A stretch of DNA of 64,000 nucleotides from a virus, in IMG/VR virus record IMGVR_UViG_3300043425_000676, positions 1-64,000 of that record. One strand, written 5' to 3'. Shown in pieces: positions 20,261 through 29,478 of this stretch. The position numbers and the translations under genes were made by a program. Position 1 is the first letter of the stretch. Each line of letters begins with the position of its first letter. The notes beneath the pieces were generated by a model. It was not told the DNA's origin, searched no databases, and saw nothing but the letters and a program-made list of their open reading frames with translations.

Positions 20261-21205
20261 CTACAAAAAAGTGATCTGATCGTTTACAAGTGCGGCGATG
20301 ATGTCTTGGGTCTTTGGTATCCCAAACCCCCAGTACGGGTCATGTCCAGGATTGCCTTTGTCTTGGGTGTATTGCGCAAGGAAAGCCCTGACAGCTTCCA
20401 CGCCAGTGAATGCCGCCTGCCCCTCTCTGCGCATCAATTCAACTATGAGGCACAGCAAACCCGCCGCAAAGGGTGTCGCCATGCTTGTGCCTGACATGGC
20501 TCGGTATCCATTTGTGGTCGAGCAGGAAATGATGTCCTGACCTGGGCAGCACATATCGAGTTCGCGACCGCCAGACGAGAACGATGCTCGCTCTCCATCC
20601 TGGCGATACGCACCGATGCAGAGTGATTCTGGATATTTGGCGGGATATCCGATCGTATTTTGCCTGCCGGTGAAACCAGCATTGCCAGCAGCCGATACGA
20701 CAATCGATCCTTTGCCCCATGCGTACTTCAATGCGTCTTGCATCGGAGCGTAAGGACTGTCCGATCCGAGTGACATCGAGATCACATCGGCACCATTATC
20801 CGCCGCCCATCGGATCCCCTGAGCGATCGCCTCCGACGAACCGCTACCGCGATTAGACAAAACCTTGCCGACCATAAGTGATGCCGCAGGAGCCAACCCG
20901 ATACCGTCCCTTCCAAGAACAGTTCCGGCGCAATGGGTTCCGTGTCCGTTTCCGTCCCTCCAGTTTTCACCCTGAATGAACGACTTTGCCTCCACTGGCT
21001 CTGGAAGCAAATCGTGAGAGTTCATTCCAGTGTCTAGGATAGCCGCACGGATGTTTGCACCTGTTCCTCGCTTCCAAATCGGCTCAAAGATCGCCTTTGG
21101 CAAGTGCCAGAGGTTTTCTGGAGCGGCGAAAAGCTGAACACCAGAGACCAAATCTGGCGGCAAATGAACAGGAGGACTCGTGTCTCGCATGTTGAATCTC
21201 GACAA
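20261..21205 (-). CDS. Subtilisin-like serine protease (peptidase S8)
   Basis: Complete triad motifs AAILDTG, NGHGTHCAG, SGTSMATP, plus oxyanion AAGN; no signal peptide seen. Confidence 0.95.
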   Translation of the reverse strand: MSRFNMRDTSPPVHLPPDLVSGVQLFAAPENLWHLPKAIFEPIWKRGTGANIRAAILDTGMNSHDLLPEPVEAKSFIQGENWRDGNGHGTHCAGTVLGRDGIGLAPAASLMVGKVLSNRGSGSSEAIAQGIRWAADNGADVISMSLGSDSPYAPMQDALKYAWGKGSIVVSAAGNAGFTGRQNTIGYPAKYPESLCIGAYRQDGERASFSSGGRELDMCCPGQDIISCSTTNGYRAMSGTSMATPFAAGLLCLIVELMRREGQAAFTGVEAVRAFLAQYTQDKGNPGHDPYWGFGIPKTQDIIAALVNDQITFL

Positions 21206-21216
21206 GGATGATTGCG

Positions 21217-21252
21217 AAGAAAAACAGGGGAGCAGGCACCTACCTGCCCCCC
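21217..21252 (-). terminator. Intrinsic terminator
   Basis: Minus strand GGGGGGCAGG-TAGGTG-CCTGCTCCCC-TGTTTTTCTT. Confidence 0.7.
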
Positions 21253-21273
21253 ATAGATCTCAAACAGAGACGC

Positions 21274-22125
21274 TTAGGTCAGCATTTGAGCGCAAGCGAT
21301 CCAGTCGACCTTCATGTTCAACGCGGCGTTGCCAGCGATGTCCTTGATTCCGATGATCGGAGCAAGAAGCACATCGTCTGGGAAAGTTGCCGCATCGATC
21401 TCAGAAGCCGTTAGGCGAGCAGGAGCCGAAGCAGTTCCAGCCAGAGCACCATTGACGAAATACTCAACGGTCTTCGGGATAGCCTTGTAACGGAAGCCAA
21501 GCTTGACATAGGTATCAGCGACCATTGTGGCGATCGCGTTAAGCTTCGTCTTGGTGGCACCGTCTTGGTAGGTCTGACCGTCTGCCTTGTAAGCACCGTC
21601 AACAGCAGCCCCCTCGGCTTGAAGATGCACGAACCCGAGGAAGTTCTTGTCAGCCAGAGCACCAGTCGTGTCGGCAAACAATCCGTCCGTCGCGCCCATA
21701 CTGACTTCGCCAAGACCAACTGCCCACGACCACTTAGCCGCAGTGATTGCACTGACGCTAAGTCGAGTCTCAAACACCAAGTCGTTGTTGGCAAGCAAGA
21801 ACGGAGCACCCAAACCGCGACCCCATTGCAGGACAGCTTCGTCGTTTGCGGCGTTTCCGTCGATCGCAAGTTGAATCAAGCCCTTTTCGGTGGCGGTGTC
21901 AGCGATCTGCTCGATCGAACAGCCGGTTCCCTCAAGGATTCGATACGGGCCTTCTGCCGTGGTAGCCTGGAACGAATGGAAGTTGTCAAAGAACCCAAAA
22001 AGAGGGTTCCCAGACTGACCATAGTCAGGGCCGCCGAGCGGATTAAGCCGGAATGGAGCAGGAAAATTCTTCCACAACCTCCCACTTGGAAGGTACCCGA
22101 TGTCAAGTTCGTCAAAAGTAAGCAT
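21274..22125 (-). CDS. Putative capsid decoration/minor head protein
   Basis: 283 aa beta-rich protein immediately after the major capsid gene. Confidence 0.5.
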   Translation of the reverse strand: MLTFDELDIGYLPSGRLWKNFPAPFRLNPLGGPDYGQSGNPLFGFFDNFHSFQATTAEGPYRILEGTGCSIEQIADTATEKGLIQLAIDGNAANDEAVLQWGRGLGAPFLLANNDLVFETRLSVSAITAAKWSWAVGLGEVSMGATDGLFADTTGALADKNFLGFVHLQAEGAAVDGAYKADGQTYQDGATKTKLNAIATMVADTYVKLGFRYKAIPKTVEYFVNGALAGTASAPARLTASEIDAATFPDDVLLAPIIGIKDIAGNAALNMKVDWIACAQMLT

Positions 22126-22187
22126 GATTTTCCCTTTATGGAAAGTTGCGGGATTGTCCCAGCTTTGGGTGGGCGTTGTCCCAGTAC

Positions 22188-22224
22188 AAAAAACTGGCGG
22201 GCGAATTTACCGTCTGCCCGCCAG
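22188..22224 (-). terminator. Intrinsic terminator after major capsid gene
   Basis: CTGGCGGGC...GCCCGCCAG followed by TTTTTT on the minus strand. Confidence 0.75.
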
Positions 22225-22267
22225 AGACGCTTCTGTTCAATCCGCTGACTATGTGTCAGCAAACCTA

Positions 22268-23386
22268 CTAGGCGGTTTCGGTCACGGTTTGAGTGCAATA
22301 GCCACGGAAGTTACCGCGACGATTGAAGCAAACCATTTGAACCGAGTCGTCCATGCAGCGAACGCGAACGTTACTCATCTCTGGGTGCTGGAACGCCTTT
22401 CGCTTACGCATTTGCCGACCAGCAGCGTAGTAAGCTTTGAAGGTCGCCCAGTTTACGCCGAGGATGACACCATCGGTGCGAGCATTGACGCTGTTCTGGT
22501 TCGTCCAGGCTGGAACCCAAGTCATCGGAACACCACGGACATACACGGTTCCGCTGTGAGCAGCCATGTCGTCCCCGATGTTATCGTTGCCGAGCTGGAG
22601 CAATCGACGACCCGATGCCAAAACGCTGTGAGTGGTCAGCAATTCCCAATCGCTTCGCTTTTGGCTAACGATGTCAGGACGCTGAACAGGAGGCGTAAAT
22701 TGGCAAAGATCCATCGAGTTGATAACCTTCTCGACAAAATCACTGCGGCTCACCGAAGTGTAAGGGAACGTGCGGTTTCGCCATTGTGGATACTGGGTGC
22801 AGGAGATACCTCCAACACCGTTAGCACCCCAACCAACAGGCTCAAAGCCGTTGAACCCTTCCGGAGCGTTGTTCTCCGTCACGCTGTCATTCGTGGCAGT
22901 AATCCACCAGAGCAACGATGCGACCGAGAACGGGGTCTGGGTTGGTGCAGTCGGCCCAGGGCCAAACACCAAGTCTTCCATGCCCGTGTAGAACGAGGTC
23001 ATGAGATCTCGCTCCATATCCTCGATGTAATCGTAAATCTGCCGACCGCCGGTGCGGAAGATCTCTTCGTCGATGTCGTAGTGGTAGTTGTTCGTGGTCA
23101 ACGCCCACTTCAACTCGCCCTCGTCCAGAGTGTTCACGCGAGTCGAGGAGTCTCGGTGATACAGTCCGACCGTCTGGAAGTTGTCGTTGGTATTAACCTT
23201 GACCTTCCACTTGCACTGCGACGTACTCATCGTGTCTTTTTTCAGGTTGCCCGAGAAAAGACGCGAAGCATACTTGTACTCCTGCAACGACAAGGACAAA
23301 TCCTGTGCTGCAAGCATCTCCTCACCAGCGAACTTCTGGTGAATACTGTTGACGAAATCGTCAATTTGCTCAATCGATAGTGCCAT
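22268..23386 (-). CDS. Major capsid protein
   Basis: 372 aa; strong SD (AAGGAG); follows portal and scaffold and precedes a terminator; GVGGIS...WRNRT motif as in related capsids. Confidence 0.75.
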   Translation of the reverse strand: MALSIEQIDDFVNSIHQKFAGEEMLAAQDLSLSLQEYKYASRLFSGNLKKDTMSTSQCKWKVKVNTNDNFQTVGLYHRDSSTRVNTLDEGELKWALTTNNYHYDIDEEIFRTGGRQIYDYIEDMERDLMTSFYTGMEDLVFGPGPTAPTQTPFSVASLLWWITATNDSVTENNAPEGFNGFEPVGWGANGVGGISCTQYPQWRNRTFPYTSVSRSDFVEKVINSMDLCQFTPPVQRPDIVSQKRSDWELLTTHSVLASGRRLLQLGNDNIGDDMAAHSGTVYVRGVPMTWVPAWTNQNSVNARTDGVILGVNWATFKAYYAAGRQMRKRKAFQHPEMSNVRVRCMDDSVQMVCFNRRGNFRGYCTQTVTETA

Positions 23387-23405
23387 TTGGCAACTCCTTT
23401 ACTGG

Positions 23406-24377
23406 TTACGACCTTTCGAGCTCTCGATAGAGCCGATCTGCTTCCTCGCGAGGATCTTCGCGTGGAGGCTGAGGTCTTGTCGGGCTTCCACCCTGACGAA
23501 GCTGGCTCTGCCTTGAGACTTTTTTGGTCTGCTGTTTCAAACGTTTCTTGGTGATTTCGTCCGCGAAAACCATGTTGGCTACACGACCAACTAGCTTATC
23601 GTTTAGTTCCGCAGGACGACCGAGGCGCTCAAGACCGATCAATTGCGCTTTGACAGCAACGTGAAGTTCTCTGCGCCGCTCGAGTTCTTCGTCGGATTCA
23701 CTCCCGGTTTTCCCGAAAAGATCGGAAAACCCAAGTTGATCGACGTAGCTGTCGAACTGTTGCTCTTCGGCTTGAGCGTTCACATCAGCAAACCTCGCTT
23801 CGAGCACCGAAAGTCGTGATTCGTAATGATCACGCAATCGAGTAAACTCGTCGACGATCTCATCGTCATAGAGATCCTTGCTAAGCGAAACCTCATACCG
23901 ATTGCTATCCTTTCCGGCAGCATCTTCTTGCTTGGCTTCTTTCTTGCTGAATTGACCTTTCTCGTTTCGAGTCGAGCCTTCGTCGCTGTCAGCCAACGCC
24001 TTGCGTCCAGCCTCGAACGCCTTCTTGTCAAGCAATTTCAAAGCCTTATCCAACTCCTCGCGGCTGGCAAAATCCGACAAGTCAGACTCGTCAATGCCAT
24101 ACGCGGCAACCTCGGCTATCACCTTGTCGTTGACCCACTTGGGGGCACGCGACTCGTCGCCGGAAACCTCGCCTTGATCATCATCATCGGCGGAACTGCT
24201 GGAATTTTCCTCAGCAGGTGTTTTGTTGATCGATGCGGTGTCAGTGATGATTTCCGCATTCGACTTGCGATCACCCATACGCTCTCTTGCCACCTCTTCA
24301 GTGACAGTGTTCGCGTATTCCTTGATTTCATCGCTCGTCATGCCTTCGTTCAATTCGACAGTCTCACTCATCCCCAT
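23406..24377 (-). CDS. Capsid scaffolding protein
   Basis: Acidic, helical, RNEKGQFSK motif; directly upstream of the capsid gene. Confidence 0.65.
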   Translation of the reverse strand: MGMSETVELNEGMTSDEIKEYANTVTEEVARERMGDRKSNAEIITDTASINKTPAEENSSSSADDDDQGEVSGDESRAPKWVNDKVIAEVAAYGIDESDLSDFASREELDKALKLLDKKAFEAGRKALADSDEGSTRNEKGQFSKKEAKQEDAAGKDSNRYEVSLSKDLYDDEIVDEFTRLRDHYESRLSVLEARFADVNAQAEEQQFDSYVDQLGFSDLFGKTGSESDEELERRRELHVAVKAQLIGLERLGRPAELNDKLVGRVANMVFADEITKKRLKQQTKKVSRQSQLRQGGSPTRPQPPREDPREEADRLYRELERS

Positions 24378-24687
24378 AGCCTCCGTCTAAATCCCTGAAA
24401 CCGCGCATTCGCAGAAATTCGTTGCGTGCGCGTCTACTTGTGAATCGCACCTGACCGCTATCCATCACAGCGGCACCTTGAATCCTGTGCTTTTTGATCA
24501 GATCTCGAGTTTCGCCCACTTGGCTTTTCATGACACCGCACCCATCTGAAACAAGCGGGTTGTGCTCGGTGTAGGTGTTTGCCGCCATGGCTGGTCTCTC
24601 GAGCCAATCTGGCTTCCGAGGAACAAGCTTCTCAAGCTCTTGCTCGGTGACAAACTTGCCTTTGTACTTGTATTTGACAGTGCTCAT
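24364..24687 (-). CDS. Hypothetical head-module protein
   Basis: 107 aa ORF between portal and scaffold. Confidence 0.6.
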   Translation of the reverse strand: MSTVKYKYKGKFVTEQELEKLVPRKPDWLERPAMAANTYTEHNPLVSDGCGVMKSQVGETRDLIKKHRIQGAAVMDSGQVRFTSRRARNEFLRMRGFRDLDGGYGDE

Positions 24688-26477
24688 TACCCAGCCCCCT
24701 GCAACATCGAGTTTCTTTGTTGCGAATTGATTTGCGGGTTTCCGCCCATCAAGGTTTGTATCAATGCGTTGTTCCTGGCGGCTTCTGTGCCACCACTACT
24801 GATGTTCCTTCGGATTGTCTCCCTGGTTGTCGTCGGAGACTGGCGAATCGTGTTTTCGTCGCCACCTAGCATGTCCGAAGGGTTCGCAAACGTGATGAAT
24901 CGCTTGAACTCTGGTCGGTTCTTTAGTCTTGCGATCTCGTCAACAATTGCCTCTGCGTCAATCGAGGCTCCCGATGCCTGGAACATCGGCCAAAGCGGTG
25001 CGATCTCACGCAACACCTGAAAGAGTTCTTGGAGTTTCTGCTCGGGAGTCTTGAAAACCATGGAGTATGGTTCCACTCGGAACTCATAATCATCAAAGAT
25101 TCCTTCCCTGTAACCTGGAGTCCAATCTGAATTAACTTCGATACCAGTGTTACCAACAGGCATAGAGGTTTTGAGCTCAAGTGTCGAATCCTCCCACATA
25201 AGACGACCAAGATCCAAGATGCAATCCGAAGCGAACGAAACTACCGACATTCGCATGTCCGCTACGTTCTTCGATACGTTTCCGTGAATCAGTTCTTCCT
25301 GACCGAGTGTCGATGCCTGCTGCCCAAGCCCACCCATTGCCTGAAGGTTTCCAGCGAATCGATCGTATTCCGACTGCAAGAAGGTCGCCAAAGCCATGTC
25401 TCTTTGGTCGATACCACCCACCTCAAACTGCTTGATCTGATCTGGACTTCGACCTCTGTACCAACCATTGCGCTCTGATGTCCTGATTCGCTCCGCGTCG
25501 TCTTCCATCCCTGGTGGATAGATATTCACCTTGCGATGGGAGTCAGAATCATCCTCCATTCGCCTGTGTAAGCGGTTCTGTAGATCGTGCATCCCCTTTA
25601 AGTTGATCGCCGGAGACGTTGGTATCACATTGTCAGGAGTGTCCCCTAGAGACAGGAACTTGTACGGGCCAGCTTGCGATCCGATCCAATCGCGCTCGAT
25701 TAGAGGCGGTAAATCCTGTTGATCGCAAACCATGGTCGCAATGGAGTTGTTCTCCGCGATCCAAACGTCCATCAACCAAACCATATCCTTCAGATCGTCA
25801 TCCTCGGCGCTACCCCAGTCGGATCCAATGTCTCTGACCGCACCGACGGAATCCTGATGCTGCCTGGAGGTTGGTTTCAGCTTGTCTTTGACCTTCTTGT
25901 CGTACCCAGGCTCATCCATCACCTTTTCATAGTCAGCTCGGTAGCGATGACCGCAATACCGCATCTTGCTGAGCTCTCGAGCTGGCATGTCGAGTATCAA
26001 ATCGTCGATCGACACTCGATTGAACCACGGCTCACCCGGATCGAGCCAAACATCTTCCTCGGCCTCAAGCAATCCATGGAAGCGAGTGTCAGTGTCTCGC
26101 ATCATGACTACGCCACAGCCAAGGCAAAAGAACGCATCCATAACGATGGCTCGAAAAGTCTTGTCGAGAGCCATGTCGCTGATAAGCTTCTTGAGGTTTA
26201 CCTCAAAACGCCTTGCGAACGGAAGCATTTCCATTCTTGATGTAGACACCAACACGCTTGGGTTGTTGGCGGCAAGGGCAACCGTATAGATACGTGCCGT
26301 TTGGTTCATCAAATTGACCAGAGTCTTGTTCTCTGCGCCTGATTCGGCGTACCAAGAACCGACATAATCCCTGATCAACTCTTTGCGGACGCGACGGAAT
26401 GGCTCCATCGCATCGCGAGACGAGCGAATCGCTTTTAGAAGTCTGCTTCGTTTTTCAGGGTTGGATAAATCGAACAT
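24687..26477 (-). CDS. Portal protein
   Basis: 596 aa after the terminase; podovirus portal-like layout (GGLGQQASTLGQEELI, Q-rich tail). Confidence 0.75.
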   Translation of the reverse strand: MFDLSNPEKRSRLLKAIRSSRDAMEPFRRVRKELIRDYVGSWYAESGAENKTLVNLMNQTARIYTVALAANNPSVLVSTSRMEMLPFARRFEVNLKKLISDMALDKTFRAIVMDAFFCLGCGVVMMRDTDTRFHGLLEAEEDVWLDPGEPWFNRVSIDDLILDMPARELSKMRYCGHRYRADYEKVMDEPGYDKKVKDKLKPTSRQHQDSVGAVRDIGSDWGSAEDDDLKDMVWLMDVWIAENNSIATMVCDQQDLPPLIERDWIGSQAGPYKFLSLGDTPDNVIPTSPAINLKGMHDLQNRLHRRMEDDSDSHRKVNIYPPGMEDDAERIRTSERNGWYRGRSPDQIKQFEVGGIDQRDMALATFLQSEYDRFAGNLQAMGGLGQQASTLGQEELIHGNVSKNVADMRMSVVSFASDCILDLGRLMWEDSTLELKTSMPVGNTGIEVNSDWTPGYREGIFDDYEFRVEPYSMVFKTPEQKLQELFQVLREIAPLWPMFQASGASIDAEAIVDEIARLKNRPEFKRFITFANPSDMLGGDENTIRQSPTTTRETIRRNISSGGTEAARNNALIQTLMGGNPQINSQQRNSMLQGAG

Positions 26478-26569
26478 TACCAGTCAAATCAACTTCGGAA
26501 TTTTCCGGTCAATTTCGACTGGGTTTTATCTCCAGCCTATTGCACCATTTCGCCTACTTGGCGATGGAT

Positions 26570-26743
26570 CTATTTTTTAGTCGAAGATGCCGACTTGGCA
26601 CCTTCAAGCACTGACTTTGTTTGTGCGAGGTTCAAAGCGGATTGAGAAAAATGCAGAGCCTTTTGAGCATCGGGCTGAGCCTTTGCTTGGTCTGCCATCT
26701 TTGCAATCGCCTGATCCAGTTTTTCGTTCAACTCGGCTTCCAT
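26570..26743 (-). CDS. Small helical protein (57 aa)
   Basis: Below the ORF-track cut-off: MEAELNEKLDQAIAKMADQAKAQPDAQKALHFSQSALNLAQTKSVLEGAKSASSTKK. Confidence 0.6.
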   Translation of the reverse strand: MEAELNEKLDQAIAKMADQAKAQPDAQKALHFSQSALNLAQTKSVLEGAKSASSTKK

Positions 26744-26778
26744 CTTACGCCACTTCTTTCAGGTTTTATCCTTGAATC

Positions 26779-28695
26779 CTATCGCAATACATCACGTATT
26801 CCGAACTTTGGGCTGCCAGAACTGACTACTCGTCGCTCCTGGCGTTCTCTCCATAAAAAACTACCATACTCTGGAATCTGTCCGTTTTCAATATCGCTGT
26901 CAACTTTAGAATCCAAATTCTCACCAGAAAATACCAACCAAGCACCGGCAGCAGCGATCGCTCGGTCTCCGTGGTTCTTCTCGGTCGCACCCTTGTTCTT
27001 CGTCGGCGAATGGATAATCCTTCCGTTTTCCCATTCGTACTCTCCGCACTCCTTGAGCATTTCTTCCGATCTGGGAGTGTAATCGCCCTTCTCCATCGCC
27101 AAGGCAAACTGCTCAAACATATCGGCTTTGTCGGCATCCCTGCAAGGAAAACCAGCCTTCCTGGACTTTTTCTGCGATCCGAGCTGCGTAACGTCTCGGT
27201 AGAAGATGTTTCCGTAGTTGCATACCTCGACGACCTCTTTGGCAAAACCTCCAGAGACACCTGAGTCTTCCCAACCAAGTAATGCTTTGCGCATCCAAAG
27301 ACACAAGCCGACGACCATCCTAGCGAATGGCCGTGGCTCAAGCCCCTTGATGACATACTCGAGAATTTCTTCTCCTGTTCGATTGTCGATACCGGAGGCT
27401 ACTGAGTTGGACGAGTATGCACCGACACCACCAGAGGCGATGTCGCAAGCGATCGTAAACGGCCCAAGCGGTGGACTGTTGTCTATCCCGGGCTTGAACC
27501 ACAGCGACAGCGGCCCATCGTCCCTGGGGACTAAACCTTTGAGCTCGAGCGTTTCACTGTCAAATATCGGCGTTCCTCTCCAAACAGGCTTCTTGCCGTG
27601 GTTTTTCTTCATCCGATCGAGCAGGTCTGGCGAGAAAACCTTACCAGAGGATCCCTTGGCATCCATGTCGAGCTCGCGTGCGATGTACCGAGGCGTAGCC
27701 CCGGGAAGCAGGCAGTGAGAGTCGTACCAAGGCGATCTAAACTTGCCTTCGATCTTGTGCCCCCTTCTTTCGATCGCTCGCAACTCCCTCTCATGCGAGG
27801 AAACATACTTTTCAACCTGCTCTTGCTCGTCTGGGTTGATTGCCGTCACAACACCGTCTTTTTTGATGTACGCCAGTTTTGCGTGCTCTGGGTTTTCCTT
27901 CCAGTCAAGTGCGTAGACTCTGGTGTTGTCCGGATCGGTCGCCGACTCGTAGAACACACCTGTATCGGCACCGAACGTCGAACAGAGGAATATGCAGTTG
28001 GTCACGTGAGCAACCGAGCTCATGATCCTGTAATCGATACCGTTGGCAATAAACTCCTCCGATCCAACTTCGTCGAACGCAAAAAGAGTGGTTCTACCAC
28101 CCCGGGCAACGTCTGCTGTAGCCGAGTACCCGATCCATATCGCATCGGTTTTCGGGATCCTGATCGTATGGTCGGTGATGTTTCTTTCGTATGGTTTGCC
28201 GTCCATCATCCACACTGGCAGCTTGTCGAGCATGTCCGAAAGCTTGTTCATCACCGCCGACGGATCCTTAGAATCGACCGTCTTTTCGTTTCGAGTAACA
28301 AGACCTGATGAAAAGCCCTTCTCGGTGAGCGCCCTGCGGATCTGCACTCCGAGGTACGTGTAGGTTCCGCCCTGAGCTCGGCTCTTCTTGAGTGTCACCG
28401 ACACCGGATGCTCGGTAGCCATCGCCTCGGTGATCGCTTCGTCCATAGCCAGGATCACCGCTTCTTGGTGCTTCCACGGGATGAAAGGCTTGGTTTTGAC
28501 TTTTGCTCTAGGCTCGTGCACCCAAAGGGCGAACGCGAAGAAGAACAGAACATCGGTCTCGCAGGCTTGCAGTAAAGCACTTCGGAATCGCTCATCGACC
28601 AAGGCTCGCTCACGGCAACGGATACGCCACTCGAGGTTTTCTACAGGATCTTTTGGAACTAGGTCGTAATACAGCGATGACATTACCACGCTCAA
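26779..28695 (-). CDS. terL: Terminase large subunit
   Basis: Walker A-like KKSRAQGGT, Walker B FAFDEVG, nuclease ACDIASG and HGDRAIA. Confidence 0.9.
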   Translation of the reverse strand: MSVVMSSLYYDLVPKDPVENLEWRIRCRERALVDERFRSALLQACETDVLFFFAFALWVHEPRAKVKTKPFIPWKHQEAVILAMDEAITEAMATEHPVSVTLKKSRAQGGTYTYLGVQIRRALTEKGFSSGLVTRNEKTVDSKDPSAVMNKLSDMLDKLPVWMMDGKPYERNITDHTIRIPKTDAIWIGYSATADVARGGRTTLFAFDEVGSEEFIANGIDYRIMSSVAHVTNCIFLCSTFGADTGVFYESATDPDNTRVYALDWKENPEHAKLAYIKKDGVVTAINPDEQEQVEKYVSSHERELRAIERRGHKIEGKFRSPWYDSHCLLPGATPRYIARELDMDAKGSSGKVFSPDLLDRMKKNHGKKPVWRGTPIFDSETLELKGLVPRDDGPLSLWFKPGIDNSPPLGPFTIACDIASGGVGAYSSNSVASGIDNRTGEEILEYVIKGLEPRPFARMVVGLCLWMRKALLGWEDSGVSGGFAKEVVEVCNYGNIFYRDVTQLGSQKKSRKAGFPCRDADKADMFEQFALAMEKGDYTPRSEEMLKECGEYEWENGRIIHSPTKNKGATEKNHGDRAIAAAGAWLVFSGENLDSKVDSDIENGQIPEYGSFLWRERQERRVVSSGSPKFGIRDVLR

Positions 28696-28769
28696 CCTTG
28701 TTTTTGCCCCACCAACTCACCGAATCTAAGGGCTTCGGAAAAGTTCGGGTTGGTTAGGGCTTTGTGCAT

Positions 28770-28803
28770 AAAAAAAGGCTACGCAACTTTCGTCACGCAG
28801 CCT
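28770..28803 (-). terminator. Intrinsic terminator upstream of terL
   Basis: AGGCTGCGTGAC-GAAA-GTTGCGTAGCCT-TTTTTT. Confidence 0.75.
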
Positions 28804-28839
28804 ACAGGAGACTTGCTCACAATGGAGTAAGGTGCAATT

Positions 28840-28867
28840 ACTATAACCGACGACTTTTTGATGTCAA
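28840..28867 (-). promoter_or_regulatory. Sigma70-like promoter for late genes
   Basis: TTGACA-16 nt-TATAGT on the minus strand. Confidence 0.55.
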
Positions 28868-28873
28868 CAGCCA

Positions 28874-29170
28874 TCATCGCCTTTCAAGAGCCTCTTGCAT
28901 GCTCATCGTCTTGAGTCTTGCCCTGAGCGTCGATTCCTTGATTCCGTAGGCGAAAGCCCATTGCTTTAGGCTCATTTTCTTGCCAGCATGCTCGATTCCG
29001 CAACTTCCGCACGACGATGTGTGCCCGCTTTGCATATGATCGAGCCTAACTTCAACCTCGTTTCCACAGGCACACTTGCATAGGAATTTTCGCTTTCCTG
29101 TCGAGTAATGCTCTCGAATTACCGTCAAGTTTCCGTAAGTTGATCCAGTTTTTACTTCCGTCCGCTTCAA
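28874..29170 (-). CDS. Zn-ribbon/HTH protein related to HNH homing endonucleases, lacking the HNH core
   Basis: GSTYGNLTVI...LCKCACGN...SGHTSSCG joined directly to MSLKQWA...GIKESTLRARL; the TTG start is inferred. Confidence 0.55.
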   Translation of the reverse strand: MKRTEVKTGSTYGNLTVIREHYSTGKRKFLCKCACGNEVEVRLDHMQSGHTSSCGSCGIEHAGKKMSLKQWAFAYGIKESTLRARLKTMSMQEALERR

Positions 29171-29227
29171 TTCCAATTCCCTTGACTGACTGTGTTTTTT
29201 CAATGCGCAATGCAAGACGCTTGAGTC

Positions 29228-29316
29228 TGAACGCCTGGGATTTGAACCCAAGTGCCGATCGTCCAAGTCTCGCTTTCGGTGTACACCCTACTCGCGTAGT
29301 AGCTGGCCAGCATTCT
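29228..29316 (-). ncRNA. Degenerate tRNA-like element
   Basis: T-arm TTGGG-TTCAAAT-CCCAG and acceptor (A)GAATGC/GCGTTC(A); non-canonical middle. Confidence 0.4.
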
Positions 29317-29478
29317 TAAGCGCCTTGCAGCATGCACTGACACGCTGAATATACCTCTTTGCCCCAATATTGCAACTATCTTGACATTTTGGATACCACC
29401 CTACTTGACTGTACTGACAGAGCGCATATTCTTCTTTGCGCATGGTTCGATTGTTTCTTTCAATTCAGGAGGTTTGCT

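Noticed and set aside
22100-23380. 426 aa plus-strand ORF and similar antisense ORFs (e.g. 61361-62356, 27598-28308)
   Set aside because: Shadow frames opposite well-supported genes; no SD or recognisable motifs.
29228-29316. tmRNA fragment
   Set aside because: No alanine acceptor identity (G3-U70 with CCA end) and no tag reading frame.
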